DNA of 64,000 bases from Escherichia phage pEC-M719-6WT.1. The stretch lies in sequence record OQ845957.1, one strand, 5' to 3'. Shown here in pieces: positions 8,013 through 18,316 of the stretch. The position numbers were made by a program, and so were the translations under genes. The notes beneath the pieces are model-generated. The model made no database searches and had not been told where the DNA came from. It saw only the letters and a list, made by a program, of their open reading frames with translations. Numbering within the stretch: the first letter of the stretch is position 1; each line of letters starts with the position of its first letter.

Positions 8013-10718
8013 TCAGTGTACCTCATACCAGCTTTTACCAACCTTACCAGTGCCAGTTACAAGCGTCTCACTCTTCAAACCTAAATTCTTAGATGCCTGA
8101 CCATACATCCAGTCAGTTATAGCTTTAACTTCTTGAGTCATACTTTCTGGGCATTCCCAACTGTTTTCATCGTGGTATGCCAGCAAAAGTCTAGCACCGA
8201 TTGCTGGTTTTCGTCCATTTAATTTTGTCAACCCTTCTTCACATGCCCTTCTACAAGCAAGGTTAATTGCCTCGTTCTGAATCTGGCTTTCCGAACCCAT
8301 GAGCAAATAATTCAATAACTTATGTGGAGATTTACACCACAACCACGCTCCAGCAACCTGAACAAACCCACCTTTAGCAATTGCAGCAGTCTTCCCAAAG
8401 ACCTCTTCAAGAGCCTTCTTAGTCGCTTTAAAATCAGCTTCTAAGTTATCAATCAGTTTCTTAATCTTCGGCAAACGAACAAAGTAAGTCTGCTTAGTCA
8501 ATGCACCTTCCTGAGTAGTTGCTGCTTTAATGGTCTTAGCAAACTTCTCATCACCTGCACCGAACAGCAGTGCATAGATACCATTCTTAGCTTTCTTACG
8601 ACCCTTACTAATCTCGTGAAGAAGATTTTCATCCTGTGTCATACGACAAGTCAAGATATCCTGCTCATCATTCAAGCTAAAGTAAATACTGTTCAGCGTG
8701 TGAGCATCAGTACCTGAATAAACTACGTACAAGTCGTTTTCAGAGTCATAACGCAGATACTTGTCAATTTCTGGATTAAGGTATTCGTCAAAGTGTTTGC
8801 AGTAATAGCGACCATCTTCTTGACGAATAAACTCAACCTCTTCCTTACCTTCTGTTACCGCTTTGGTGAACTCTTTGTCACCCATAAAGTTACACAGTAG
8901 AACAAGCTGTGCAGAGTTCATATCAACAGATACTACGTTGGTTCCCTCTTCACAAATCCAGACTGCCCTCATTGGTTCACCGTAAACAGCAGCACCAGAA
9001 GGTACGTTTACAATACCATATTGTGTCATACGACCAGTTGAAGTACCAAACACCATTGCACCAGCACTTAAACGACCATCTGGACGAATCTGGTTCAACC
9101 AACCTTTCTCATCATCCTTTGAGTTCTCAATAGTTCTGCGTCGGTGCATCAAAGTATAGTACTTCGCAATCTTCTGCCCAAGTTCACCTTCGATGGTATC
9201 ATAAGAAGATTCAGTCAGTTTTGGTGAAGTACGAATCAAGCAAGGTTCAAGCACATCTGTGTATTTCTTCACAGACCAATTATGCTCGATGTACTGTACC
9301 CCTTCATGCTCAACATAGTTTAAACCGCAGCGTTCAACCATTTCATCCCACTTAGGATGTTTACGAATCATCTTCTTATTATCTTTGAAGCGACAAACCT
9401 TAACAGGACGACCATCTGAGTCTTTCTTGTAGTTCCAATCATCAGGAATCCAACCAACAGATTTCAGATACTCTTTAACTACTGCAACCTGAGTCATGCG
9501 TGAAACTTCAAACTCAATTGGTGTATATGGTGCATCAATCAAACCTGTGTAACGACTTGACTCAAGTTCAAAGTGATTAACAACATGATTGTTGTAGTAC
9601 TTGACAGTCTTAACAGTTTTAACTGGCTTCCAATCTTTGCACTTCTTGTCAACCTTCGCATTTAGCTCATTACATACTGCACGAGCATCTTTCATTGCCA
9701 CGAAACCTTCTTTGTACTCTTCTCCGGTTACCGTGTTAGTTGGTGTGTAGCAGTTACGTTTCTCTACGCTGAAAATCTTGGTAGTTGGTTTACCAAATGG
9801 CTTAATAGGATAACTTTGCATTTCCCCATTACGAACCTGCTGACGATACTTTGTCTTAGGATACTTGGTAATGCGTTTCAAACCATCTGCTTCACCAAAA
9901 GTTTCAACATACTCATTCCAAGCTTTTGCAAATTCTTCACCAGTAACTTTCCCTTTTGTCTTGATAGTTGGTGGTAAGAATGGCTCAACATCTGAAGCAA
10001 GGTCAGCAGTCATCTTATCAAGCTCTTTAACACAACTCTTCATCATGTTAATGTCAGCTTTCCAACCATTGATAGCTTGCTGGCTCATCCAGAAAGATGT
10101 TTCTTTAGCTCGCATGTAGGTTTCGTAGGTATCCACACCACACTTCTTCAGCTTCACATACTCATTATCAAGGGCACGTTTAGTTTTGGCGTTGATTCGA
10201 ATATCCTCAACAACACGAGTTAAGATTTCAGCGTTCCAAACTCCCCACTCTTCAATCTCAGGCTTACGGACACCGACACGAGCACCCCATGCAGCCAAAC
10301 CATGAGAACCTTTGTAACCTTTAGGTGTAGGTCTGTCCATCCACTGAACACGAGATTGGATAAGTGAATCTTGTAAGAAATTACCCCAAGGTTTGCATTT
10401 AGGGTTATCAAAGTTCCACAGGTCAGGTGCAATGTGGTTGAACACCCACCAGTCATAACCAAGACCATTGTGAATGCAAAGACGTTTCGCCTTTAAAGCA
10501 AACTCAACACCTTCTCTCAAGCCACCCTTGATATACTTGGTGTACTTGTGACCAAGAATAGGCTCATCAGTGAATACCCACACAGGTGGTTCGTCACTGT
10601 CATCTTTGTAATCTGCAAAAGCCATTACGTGAGCTTTAGTGAACTCAAGCAGTAATCCGTCAGTTTCTGTATCGCCTACCAGATGCAAATTTTTAAAGTC
10701 TACGTTTTCCATTTCCAC
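8013..10718 (-). CDS. DNA polymerase, family A, with 3'-5' exonuclease domain
   Basis: 901 aa; N-terminal Exo motif VGDTETDGL and HNGxxYDWWVF resemble T7 gp5/Pol I exonuclease motifs. Confidence 0.85.
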   Translation of the reverse strand: MEMENVDFKNLHLVGDTETDGLLLEFTKAHVMAFADYKDDSDEPPVWVFTDEPILGHKYTKYIKGGLREGVEFALKAKRLCIHNGLGYDWWVFNHIAPDLWNFDNPKCKPWGNFLQDSLIQSRVQWMDRPTPKGYKGSHGLAAWGARVGVRKPEIEEWGVWNAEILTRVVEDIRINAKTKRALDNEYVKLKKCGVDTYETYMRAKETSFWMSQQAINGWKADINMMKSCVKELDKMTADLASDVEPFLPPTIKTKGKVTGEEFAKAWNEYVETFGEADGLKRITKYPKTKYRQQVRNGEMQSYPIKPFGKPTTKIFSVEKRNCYTPTNTVTGEEYKEGFVAMKDARAVCNELNAKVDKKCKDWKPVKTVKTVKYYNNHVVNHFELESSRYTGLIDAPYTPIEFEVSRMTQVAVVKEYLKSVGWIPDDWNYKKDSDGRPVKVCRFKDNKKMIRKHPKWDEMVERCGLNYVEHEGVQYIEHNWSVKKYTDVLEPCLIRTSPKLTESSYDTIEGELGQKIAKYYTLMHRRRTIENSKDDEKGWLNQIRPDGRLSAGAMVFGTSTGRMTQYGIVNVPSGAAVYGEPMRAVWICEEGTNVVSVDMNSAQLVLLCNFMGDKEFTKAVTEGKEEVEFIRQEDGRYYCKHFDEYLNPEIDKYLRYDSENDLYVVYSGTDAHTLNSIYFSLNDEQDILTCRMTQDENLLHEISKGRKKAKNGIYALLFGAGDEKFAKTIKAATTQEGALTKQTYFVRLPKIKKLIDNLEADFKATKKALEEVFGKTAAIAKGGFVQVAGAWLWCKSPHKLLNYLLMGSESQIQNEAINLACRRACEEGLTKLNGRKPAIGARLLLAYHDENSWECPESMTQEVKAITDWMYGQASKNLGLKSETLVTGTGKVGKSWYEVH

Positions 10719-10908
10719 TCCCTCTCAAACATATGACTCCATACCTTACTGCAAAACGACACAAAAAGCAAGTTGACAAATCACTTGACAGGGTGTTAGT
10801 CTTGTATGCAGTGGGTTTTAACTTAAAAGACTCCCTTTACAGATTAACTATACAGATTCTTTAAAACCCTTAAAAGACTTTTAATAGCTTTTAAAAAGCT
10901 TTAAAGTA

Positions 10909-10927
10909 TTACGTATAGAATACGTAA
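10909..10927. promoter_or_regulatory. palindrome TTACGTATAGAATACGTAA in divergent intergenic region
   Basis: Perfect inverted repeat between divergently transcribed polymerase and plus-strand genes. Confidence 0.3.
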
Positions 10928-10969
10928 AGAAAGAGATTAAGACTTAATAGAAACTATAAAGAGGCTGCC

Positions 10970-11392
10970 ATGCAGAGAATGTTTGTTCACCCTGACGTAG
11001 CAAATTTCCTAAAAGCTTTGGAGAAGTTAGAAGAACTTGACATAGCTGCTCAGAAAGAATATGCTTACCATCATCGTCGAATGGTTGATGTTCAACACGA
11101 GATAGAACTTTCAGAAGGTTACGACGAAGATTTGAAATGCTCTGTTTTCGAGCATATGAAAGAGATTGCTTCTGATAGGCGTAAAGCAAAAGATACATGT
11201 TTTTTGATAGATGCCTTAAAAAAGAAGTTGCAAAGTGGAACAGACTTGTGTAGTCTAGCAACACTTCTTCAGGATGTTGAGAGTTCTTGGGATAGACATT
11301 ACTTCCCAAGGTCTGAAAAGACACTTGACTTCTCTTCACCGGAAGGATTAAAATTATCACGACTTACATTAAACAAAATGAGAGAGAAATAA
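10970..11392 (+). CDS. hypothetical protein
   Basis: 140 aa ORF. Confidence 0.3.
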   Translation: MQRMFVHPDVANFLKALEKLEELDIAAQKEYAYHHRRMVDVQHEIELSEGYDEDLKCSVFEHMKEIASDRRKAKDTCFLIDALKKKLQSGTDLCSLATLLQDVESSWDRHYFPRSEKTLDFSSPEGLKLSRLTLNKMREK

Positions 11393-11393
11393 T

Positions 11394-12194
11394 ATGAAAA
11401 CTGTAAATGAAATGCTGGCAGAAAAGAACATCAACGAACAATTCCTATTAACTACTGTGGAAAGCCTTGCTGTAATTTTCCGTAGCAATACTTTCACTTC
11501 TGGCTTTATGCCAGAATCACTTAAAGTTACAGATATTGACAGTGACGAATCTTTCCGCTCAACTGTAGAGTTGCTTACCAGCAATCGTAAAATTGCTCTG
11601 GCCTCTATCGTTGTTGGTGTTGACTCTCTGGCTAAATTTCTGTTTGAGAACATGCAGAGTGGTGATTACTCTAGCATGGATGAACAAAGCATTAATATGC
11701 TGCTTAACGAGATGACTGAACAGCAAATGGTAATGGGTATTGTTGGTGGAGTATCAAGTGTCATGGCTATGCTGGAAAAGCGTATGGAAGATAAATCTTC
11801 ACGCTATGACAAACTTGATTGGGGTTTCAATGTAATTTCTGAACGTGCTAAAGCGCTGGCTATTGAAACTTACCAGAAACTGGAAGACTTGACTAAACAG
11901 GATGTAGACATTAAACTTGATGACATTCAGGTGATGGTCACTGCTCTGACGCCTGCAATTATGGTTATCATGAATATTCACGCAATTCTTGAAGTTGCAG
12001 ATTTGCTGAAGTCTCCACCTTCTTTCATTGAAGAAGTCAGTGGTGGTGCAAGTGTATCTGCTTTACAAGATGTTCTTATGCAGACTAACGTAGCAATTGT
12101 ACGTGAGAAAATTGCCATTAACTTTGGTGATGAGTTCTTGCAGCAGATTGAAGCAATGGCTGAAAAGAACGGTGAAGCTATTACAATCCACTAA
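11394..12194 (+). CDS. hypothetical protein
   Basis: 266 aa ORF, good RBS. Confidence 0.35.
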   Translation: MKTVNEMLAEKNINEQFLLTTVESLAVIFRSNTFTSGFMPESLKVTDIDSDESFRSTVELLTSNRKIALASIVVGVDSLAKFLFENMQSGDYSSMDEQSINMLLNEMTEQQMVMGIVGGVSSVMAMLEKRMEDKSSRYDKLDWGFNVISERAKALAIETYQKLEDLTKQDVDIKLDDIQVMVTALTPAIMVIMNIHAILEVADLLKSPPSFIEEVSGGASVSALQDVLMQTNVAIVREKIAINFGDEFLQQIEAMAEKNGEAITIH

Positions 12195-12211
12195 TTGTTA
12201 ATACCCAAATA

Positions 12212-12235
12212 GCCTCCTTAATTGGGGGCTTTTTA
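12212..12235 (+). terminator. intrinsic terminator
   Basis: GCCTCC..GGGGGC hairpin plus TTTTT. Confidence 0.45.
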
Positions 12236-12252
12236 TTATGGAGAGACTAAGT

Positions 12253-12993
12253 ATGAAAAGTATTATTGCATTCACTGGTAAGGCTCGTTCTGGAAAAGAC
12301 ACTTCCTGTACTCTGGTAAGAAATGCCTTGACTGAGAAAGGTTACGAAGTTAAAGTTTTTGCGTTTGCAGATAACCTTAAAAACACTGCTGGAGATATCT
12401 TCAACCTGACTTGGGAAGATTTGTATGGAGACACAAAAGAAACTCCACAGGTCTTCACACTGACTCATGCAGCACTGTCTTCACAGGTTATTTGGGCTTT
12501 TTTCAGACACATGCAAGATAAGAATATCCATAAGGATTCAAAACTGTGTGGTGAATTAACCGATAAACTAATCAAAGAACTGAAAAAGGTTGGTAAACCA
12601 ACATTACTCACCAGACTCGGCTTGCGTAATGAATATAAAGTCTCTTCACGTCAAATCCAACAAGTTTGGGGAAGTGAAGTTGTCCGTAAAATCTTGGGTG
12701 AAAGGTTCTGGATTATTGACTTAGCAGAACGCATGGAGAAGTTCTTTGGTGAATGCCATACAGAAGACCATGAAGGTATTGCACTAATCTGTGATTTAAG
12801 ATTTGACATTGAGGCTGAGTTTCTGCAAAGTTATGACAGTCAAATCATTGAGGTGAAGAGAAGCAACGCTACACAAGTTGCTTCACATCATTCTGAGAAA
12901 GGTATTTCAACCTTATTTGAGCGTGACATTATTCAAAACAATGGCACAGTTGATGAGCTTGAAAGTAAATTAAAAGCTATCGTTGGAATTTAA
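12253..12993 (+). CDS. deoxynucleoside monophosphate kinase-like P-loop kinase
   Basis: P-loop FTGKARSGKDT at N-terminus; start placed at internal ATG after GGAGAG RBS. Confidence 0.5.
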   Translation: MKSIIAFTGKARSGKDTSCTLVRNALTEKGYEVKVFAFADNLKNTAGDIFNLTWEDLYGDTKETPQVFTLTHAALSSQVIWAFFRHMQDKNIHKDSKLCGELTDKLIKELKKVGKPTLLTRLGLRNEYKVSSRQIQQVWGSEVVRKILGERFWIIDLAERMEKFFGECHTEDHEGIALICDLRFDIEAEFLQSYDSQIIEVKRSNATQVASHHSEKGISTLFERDIIQNNGTVDELESKLKAIVGI

Positions 12994-13201
12994 AAAGAGA
13001 GATATTAAGATGAGAGTAGATAATTTAAAAGTAATTGACCACCGTTCTGTAGAACTCTCATCTCTTTCTAAAGAAGTAATGATGGAGCGACTTGAAAGGG
13101 TCGCTTCACGAAGGAAAGAGATTGCTGAGGAAATTCATGAACTAGACAAGATTGAAAATGGTTTAAAAGCTGAACTGCAACGTAGAGGTGCTAATGTCTA
13201 A
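12983..13201 (+). CDS. hypothetical coiled-coil protein
   Basis: 72 aa ORF. Confidence 0.3.
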   Translation: MEFKKRDIKMRVDNLKVIDHRSVELSSLSKEVMMERLERVASRRKEIAEEIHELDKIENGLKAELQRRGANV

Positions 13202-15110
13202 AGGTCGTAAATTGAAAGAAGCTGGTCAGTTTGTTGGTCACTGTGCATGTCCTAAGTGTGGTTCATCAGATGCAGGGTCTATCTATCATCATGACGATGA
13301 TTCTTATTCGATGACTTGCTTTAGCTGTAACAAAGGTTTTCCAGAGTGGGATTTTGATAAGGGTCAGATTGTGAGCACATATTCTACAGGTTCTGATAAT
13401 AAGAATCGTACTTTCCGTGGTATGGATTTAGATGAAGTAAAAGAAAACCTTGAAGCAATGGATTTAAAAGACCGAAAGATTCCTGCAAAGGTTCTTGAAC
13501 GTCTTGGTATTAAGGTTGACATTGATGAAAACGGTGATATTGACGCTCACTTTTACCCAACTTATAAGAAAGATGAAAATGGGAAGTTGAAACATGTTGG
13601 TTATCGTGTTCGCCACAAATACCCTGAAGACCACCCTAAAGAGCATCTTCGTGGCAAGTTAAAAGACTTCTCAGGTGGTGTAGGAGACATTAAAGGTGAA
13701 CTGGCTATGTTCGGTTCATGGATTGCTCCAGAAGGTGGTAACCGTCTTTTCATTTGGGAAGGAGAGATGGAATGTGCTACAGCAATCTATATGACTTCTT
13801 TGGCAATCAAAGATAAGTCACGTAGAAAGAATTACTGTCACGTTTCTGTACCATCTGGTGCAAACATTAAGTCTATCAAAGAAAACTATCAGTACATTAC
13901 ATCGTTTGATGAGATTTACCTGTGCTTTGATAATGACGAAGCTGGAGCCAAAGTAACTAAAGAAGCTGCTGGTATTCTGCCTATCGAAAAGGTTCGTTTA
14001 TTCCAGTATCCAGAAGGTGTTAAAGACCTTAGCGAGTGGTGGACTAAATTCTTCAAAGACAAAGATACAGTCCTTGAAGGGTTTAAGCAGAGAATTTACA
14101 ATGCACCTCGTTACTGCCCTGCTGGTATCAAGAACTTCGCAGATGGTTTTGAGGCTATGAAGAATCGTGGTCAGATTCCACTGATTCCCTTCCCAGATTC
14201 CTTCGGAGACCTTAACAGGTTGACTTATGGAGGTTATGGTTTAGGGGAAATCACAACTCTGGCTGCACCATCTTCAGTTGGTAAATCCGCATACACTCGT
14301 GAAATGATTTACACAGCTTGGAAAGAAACTGACTACAATATCGGTGTAATTCCTGTGGAAGACACCTATGAAGAGTTAATGGAAATGCTCTGTGCAATTC
14401 ACCTGAGTAAGCAGATTTCAGAAATTCCTTATGATGAACGTAATTGGGATGAAATCAAGGTTGCACATGCTGAATTGTCTGCTGGTCGCCGTATCCATAT
14501 CGTTGACCACCAAGGAGCAATTGACCAAGATAACCTTCTGGAGTTTGTTGACTATCTGGTTAACAGTCTAGGTTGCAAGATTATTATTCTTGACCCTATT
14601 ACGTTGGCACTGTCACGTTCTGATACAGATGAAGAAGAAGTTCTGTCTGAGTTACTTCGTCGTTGCAAGCGTTACCAATATGCACAGGTAAACGTCTGTC
14701 ACGTTCGTAAGAGTGCAGGTGGTCAGAAAGCTAACTCTGAAGGTGGTGATATTTCTGAAGAGGATATCAAGGGTTCTGGTGCATACTTCCAGATTTCCAT
14801 GAACAACATTCTGTTAATGCGTAACAAGGTTGACCCAGACCCTGTGAAGAAAAACTTGACCAAAATCAAGTTAACTAAATGTCGTCGTCATGGTAAGTCA
14901 ACTGGTATTGCTGGTCACACTTGGTATAATCCAGATACAGGCCGTCTTATCAAGGCTGCTGGCAGTGGTGTTGATATTGATGGTGCAGCAGAGAATATTC
15001 GTCAGCAGTTTGGTATTGGTGAAGCCGATGACCACTATGATGATTCTATGTCACATTATGATGATGAAGCCTTTGACCGTGATACTGGAGAAATTTATAC
15101 TCAAGAGTAA
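13188..15110 (+). CDS. bifunctional primase-helicase (T7 gp4-like)
   Basis: N-terminal Cys4 zinc ribbon (CPKCGS...CFSCNKG), TOPRIM-like acidic motifs, helicase Walker A (SSVGKSA) and Walker B (IIILD). Confidence 0.8.
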   Translation: MLMSKGRKLKEAGQFVGHCACPKCGSSDAGSIYHHDDDSYSMTCFSCNKGFPEWDFDKGQIVSTYSTGSDNKNRTFRGMDLDEVKENLEAMDLKDRKIPAKVLERLGIKVDIDENGDIDAHFYPTYKKDENGKLKHVGYRVRHKYPEDHPKEHLRGKLKDFSGGVGDIKGELAMFGSWIAPEGGNRLFIWEGEMECATAIYMTSLAIKDKSRRKNYCHVSVPSGANIKSIKENYQYITSFDEIYLCFDNDEAGAKVTKEAAGILPIEKVRLFQYPEGVKDLSEWWTKFFKDKDTVLEGFKQRIYNAPRYCPAGIKNFADGFEAMKNRGQIPLIPFPDSFGDLNRLTYGGYGLGEITTLAAPSSVGKSAYTREMIYTAWKETDYNIGVIPVEDTYEELMEMLCAIHLSKQISEIPYDERNWDEIKVAHAELSAGRRIHIVDHQGAIDQDNLLEFVDYLVNSLGCKIIILDPITLALSRSDTDEEEVLSELLRRCKRYQYAQVNVCHVRKSAGGQKANSEGGDISEEDIKGSGAYFQISMNNILLMRNKVDPDPVKKNLTKIKLTKCRRHGKSTGIAGHTWYNPDTGRLIKAAGSGVDIDGAAENIRQQFGIGEADDHYDDSMSHYDDEAFDRDTGEIYTQE

Positions 15111-15159
15111 CGTCAGAGTTCTACCATCCCACCAGTGTTAAACGAAGACGGAGAAGACG

Positions 15160-15438
15160 ATGACTGCCCGTTTGAAACTGACTGATACGTATCTTAAGGA
15201 GGGCTTTACACCCTTCTATGAAGAAACAAATTCAGTAAAATTTAAAAAAGAGTGCTTGACTCGTATAGACGATTTCTGTAAAGTACTCATCAACAAAGGA
15301 CATACGGTTGAGTTAGAATATAGAGAACTTGAGAGTGTCCTTGATGGAATCTTAGTTTCTGTTGATAATGATACCGGATATATGTTTAGGTTAACTGACA
15401 AAACATTTGAATACGAAATTTATCGGAGAGTTGTATGA
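15160..15438 (+). CDS. hypothetical protein
   Basis: 92 aa ORF. Confidence 0.3.
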   Translation: MTARLKLTDTYLKEGFTPFYEETNSVKFKKECLTRIDDFCKVLINKGHTVELEYRELESVLDGILVSVDNDTGYMFRLTDKTFEYEIYRRVV

Positions 15439-15591
15439 AACATTCTAAAGCGTTTGAAAAAGTATTTGGCGATTCACTGAAAGCAACTGCTGGTAAGTCT
15501 GCTGCACATTATGAAGCAAAGCGTGTTCGCACTGGTAAGACAGCACGTAAAGCAGCTAAGAAAGCTGCTTAAAAAGATTTGACAAAGGAGT

Positions 15592-16509
15592 ATGAAGTCT
15601 GTAACATTGTACTCCTTCAAGTTTGAAAGAAATAATTTTGAGAAAGAGGATTTAAGAATGTCTAAAGTTGTTAAAATGAAATCTCCGGTAGAAAAATACA
15701 ACGGTACTGAACGTCAGACTCTGCGTTACTTGCTGAAAGATGTTTGGTTCTACTACCTGAACACTATTCCACGTCCGGGAAAAGGTAAGTCAGTTGACAA
15801 GAAATTCCCAGGCAAAGACTGTAACTACAGCGTTTCGATTCTGGCAAAAGACGGTAACAAACTCTTCAAAGAGTTCACCAAGTCTAAAAAGAATCCTGAT
15901 GGTTGGGACAAGGTTACAACTGAAGCAGTTGATGCAGATGACTTCGAAGAGAAGTTTGGTTGCAAACCACCATTTGAAGCAGATACTTATCACATTCTGA
16001 AAGTAAGTCGTGCTGCTGCTTATAAAGATGGTGCAGTCTGGACAGCGAAACAGTCATTCCCTGTTATGCTGATTGAAGAAGTTAATGGTAAACGTGTTGC
16101 AGTTAAACAGCCGATGAAGAAAATCAAGGCTCAACATTCTGACAAACACGATGACGACAAAACTTATGATATTATTCACCCAGATATCGCAGTCGGTAAC
16201 GGTTCATTTGGTAGTGTGATTCTTGCAACTCACTTCTACACTTTTGAAAGCAACGTTCTGACGAAGCCGATTCAGGAACAGTTTATCATTGATACTCTGG
16301 TTCCGTACACTGGTGGTACAGGTGGTAACGGTGAGCCTGAACTGGATGAAGATGAACTGGCTCTGCTTGGTCTGGATGGCGTTGAAGATAACGGTGAAAT
16401 TACCGAAGAAGATGCGAAGGATTCTGAAGATACTAACTCTGACGATGACGACGATGATATGCCAGACCCAGATGACTACGACGAAGAAGATTTCGATACT
16501 GAAGATTAA
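15592..16509 (+). CDS. putative ssDNA-binding protein
   Basis: 305 aa with strongly acidic C-terminal tail (DDDDDDMPDPDDYDEEDFDTED) as in T7 gp2.5/T4 gp32; AAGGAG RBS. Confidence 0.4.
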   Translation: MKSVTLYSFKFERNNFEKEDLRMSKVVKMKSPVEKYNGTERQTLRYLLKDVWFYYLNTIPRPGKGKSVDKKFPGKDCNYSVSILAKDGNKLFKEFTKSKKNPDGWDKVTTEAVDADDFEEKFGCKPPFEADTYHILKVSRAAAYKDGAVWTAKQSFPVMLIEEVNGKRVAVKQPMKKIKAQHSDKHDDDKTYDIIHPDIAVGNGSFGSVILATHFYTFESNVLTKPIQEQFIIDTLVPYTGGTGGNGEPELDEDELALLGLDGVEDNGEITEEDAKDSEDTNSDDDDDDMPDPDDYDEEDFDTED

Positions 16510-16529
16510 TTCTCAGTAGTTACTACAAA

Positions 16530-16555
16530 GCCCTGTACTTAGTATGGGGCTTTTT
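16530..16555 (+). terminator. intrinsic terminator
   Basis: Hairpin plus TTTTT after putative SSB gene. Confidence 0.45.
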
Positions 16556-16571
16556 CGTATTGGAGATACAA

Positions 16572-17612
16572 ATGGAAAAGTACACGTTAACAAAACTCCC
16601 AGATACTGTGACACATGTCTTTATTGACTCTGACAGCATCGCTTACAAGGGAGCCTGTGTCGTTGAGAAAGCAAAGTACAAGTATGTGAATAAACTCACT
16701 GCTGAAGGGTCTGATGCCTTTGAAAGTGCTAAAGATGCTAATCAATGGCTATCTGACCAGAGAGTTCTGACAGAGGAACTTGGTCTTGCATTCGATGAAG
16801 ATGAATGGGAAAGACAATCTTGGAAAGAAGCAAAGAGTGAGAAAGAAGCTATTATGGCAACTCAACAAGTTCTTCAGGAATGGTTGAAAGTTGTCGGTAA
16901 AGAACGAACTTGGATGGGATACCTCACTGAGAAAGGTGTACATAAACACAAAGACATTAAAGGTCTTGAACACCAGTATCAAGGTAACCGTAAAGAATCA
17001 GTAACCCCTACGCATTTAGTTGCTTGTCGTGAGTATCTTCTGTCACGACCTGAGTTTAAGCTTCTCAAAGGTGGCTTTGAAGCTGACTCCATTGTTATTG
17101 CAAAAGCTGAGAAGATGGGTAAGAAGGCTGCTCTTATGAGCATTGATAAAGACCTTCGCCAAGCGGAAGGAACTTACTGTATTGATATGACTTACGAGAA
17201 AGCCCCTCTTATTTTCATTGCAGATGGTAACGTAGGTAATATTTGGGATTGCCCTATCAAGTCTAAGCCGAAAGCTAAAAAGACTGTTGGTGTAGGCTTC
17301 AAATTCCTCTGCTATCAAGCTGTAGCAGGAGATAACGCAGATAACTACTTTGGCCTTAAGGGTGCAGGGAAAGTTGCTGTAATGAATGCTCTGGAAGGTA
17401 AAGAGACCTATAAAGAATGCCTTGATGCTATCTATGAACTTTACGCTAAGAAAGAGTCATACACTTATGAATCGTGGGATGGTCAGGTGATTACAAGAAC
17501 ACCTCTTGAACTGATGCACCAGCACTTCTGGATTGCCTATCAAGAGCGTAACCCTAAAGATGATTTCACCTTTGCTAAATATGGTTGGGAGCCTGTTATG
17601 AATGAAGATTAA
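16572..17612 (+). CDS. flap endonuclease / 5'-3' exonuclease
   Basis: FEN-like segments VFIDSDSIAYKG, SIDKDLRQ and GDNADNYFGLKGAG; start at ATG after GGAGA RBS. Confidence 0.55.
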   Translation: MEKYTLTKLPDTVTHVFIDSDSIAYKGACVVEKAKYKYVNKLTAEGSDAFESAKDANQWLSDQRVLTEELGLAFDEDEWERQSWKEAKSEKEAIMATQQVLQEWLKVVGKERTWMGYLTEKGVHKHKDIKGLEHQYQGNRKESVTPTHLVACREYLLSRPEFKLLKGGFEADSIVIAKAEKMGKKAALMSIDKDLRQAEGTYCIDMTYEKAPLIFIADGNVGNIWDCPIKSKPKAKKTVGVGFKFLCYQAVAGDNADNYFGLKGAGKVAVMNALEGKETYKECLDAIYELYAKKESYTYESWDGQVITRTPLELMHQHFWIAYQERNPKDDFTFAKYGWEPVMNED

Positions 17613-18102
17613 AGGTTTTGGCAATTGCCCTGAATATGGACATTGGATTTCACTGTGCGGGGAGATTGACCCCGCTAAGTATTTTGGTTTCGTTTACTTA
17701 GTGTACTGCAAAAAGACTGGACAGTACTATTTGGGTAAGAAGCAGTTTAACAATGTCACCAAGAAGAAAGTAGCTGGAAAGACCAGACGTAAGATTGTGA
17801 CAAAAGAGAGTGACTGGATGGTTTACCAGACCTCTTCTGAATACATTAAGAAAGATATTGAAACTTTCGGTGAAAAAGAGTTTGACTTCTATATTGTCCA
17901 AACTTATTATACGCGAGGTGGGTTGGTCTACGGAGAAGCTAACCTTCAGCATAAGTTTGACGTCATGACAAAAAGGATTGACTCCAAGCTTCGACTCTTC
18001 TACAATGCAAACATTGCAGCAATCAAGTTTCTGACTAAAGAGACTTATGAAGATGCTGAGAAGAGAATCCATAAAATCATGAAACTTAATGAGAGAGAAT
18101 AA
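17602..18102 (+). CDS. GIY-YIG-like endonuclease (possible homing endonuclease)
   Basis: FVYLVYCKKTGQYYLGKK resembles GIY...YIG motif spacing. Confidence 0.35.
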   Translation: MKIKGFGNCPEYGHWISLCGEIDPAKYFGFVYLVYCKKTGQYYLGKKQFNNVTKKKVAGKTRRKIVTKESDWMVYQTSSEYIKKDIETFGEKEFDFYIVQTYYTRGGLVYGEANLQHKFDVMTKRIDSKLRLFYNANIAAIKFLTKETYEDAEKRIHKIMKLNERE

Positions 18103-18316
18103 TATGATATTTAACAAAATTAATAATGACCACGTAGCTAAGATTGACAGCCACATTGCAGCACTGAAAGATGCAATCGTAAAAGCGAAAGCAGCTACGG
18201 AGTCCGAAATGGAGGCTCTTGAGTCCCAGATTCAGCACCTGATTAACAAACGTGTTGAACTGAAAGGCCGACTGGATTATATTGAGTCTCAGCAGAAACT
18301 GTTTCAGGAGGTTTAA
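18089..18316 (+). CDS. hypothetical coiled-coil protein
   Basis: 75 aa ORF. Confidence 0.3.
   Translation: MRENNMIFNKINNDHVAKIDSHIAALKDAIVKAKAATESEMEALESQIQHLINKRVELKGRLDYIESQQKLFQEV

Noticed and set aside
8909-10468. Short plus-strand ORFs nested inside the DNA polymerase gene (8909-9133, 9865-10119, 10220-10468 on minus)
   Set aside because: Nested within a strongly supported 901-aa polymerase gene on the opposite strand or in other frames; no independent support.
12238-12252. Upstream ATG start (MERLSMKS...) for the dNMP kinase-like gene
   Set aside because: Overlaps the terminator of the preceding gene and lacks an RBS; the ATG at 12253 is preceded by GGAGAG.
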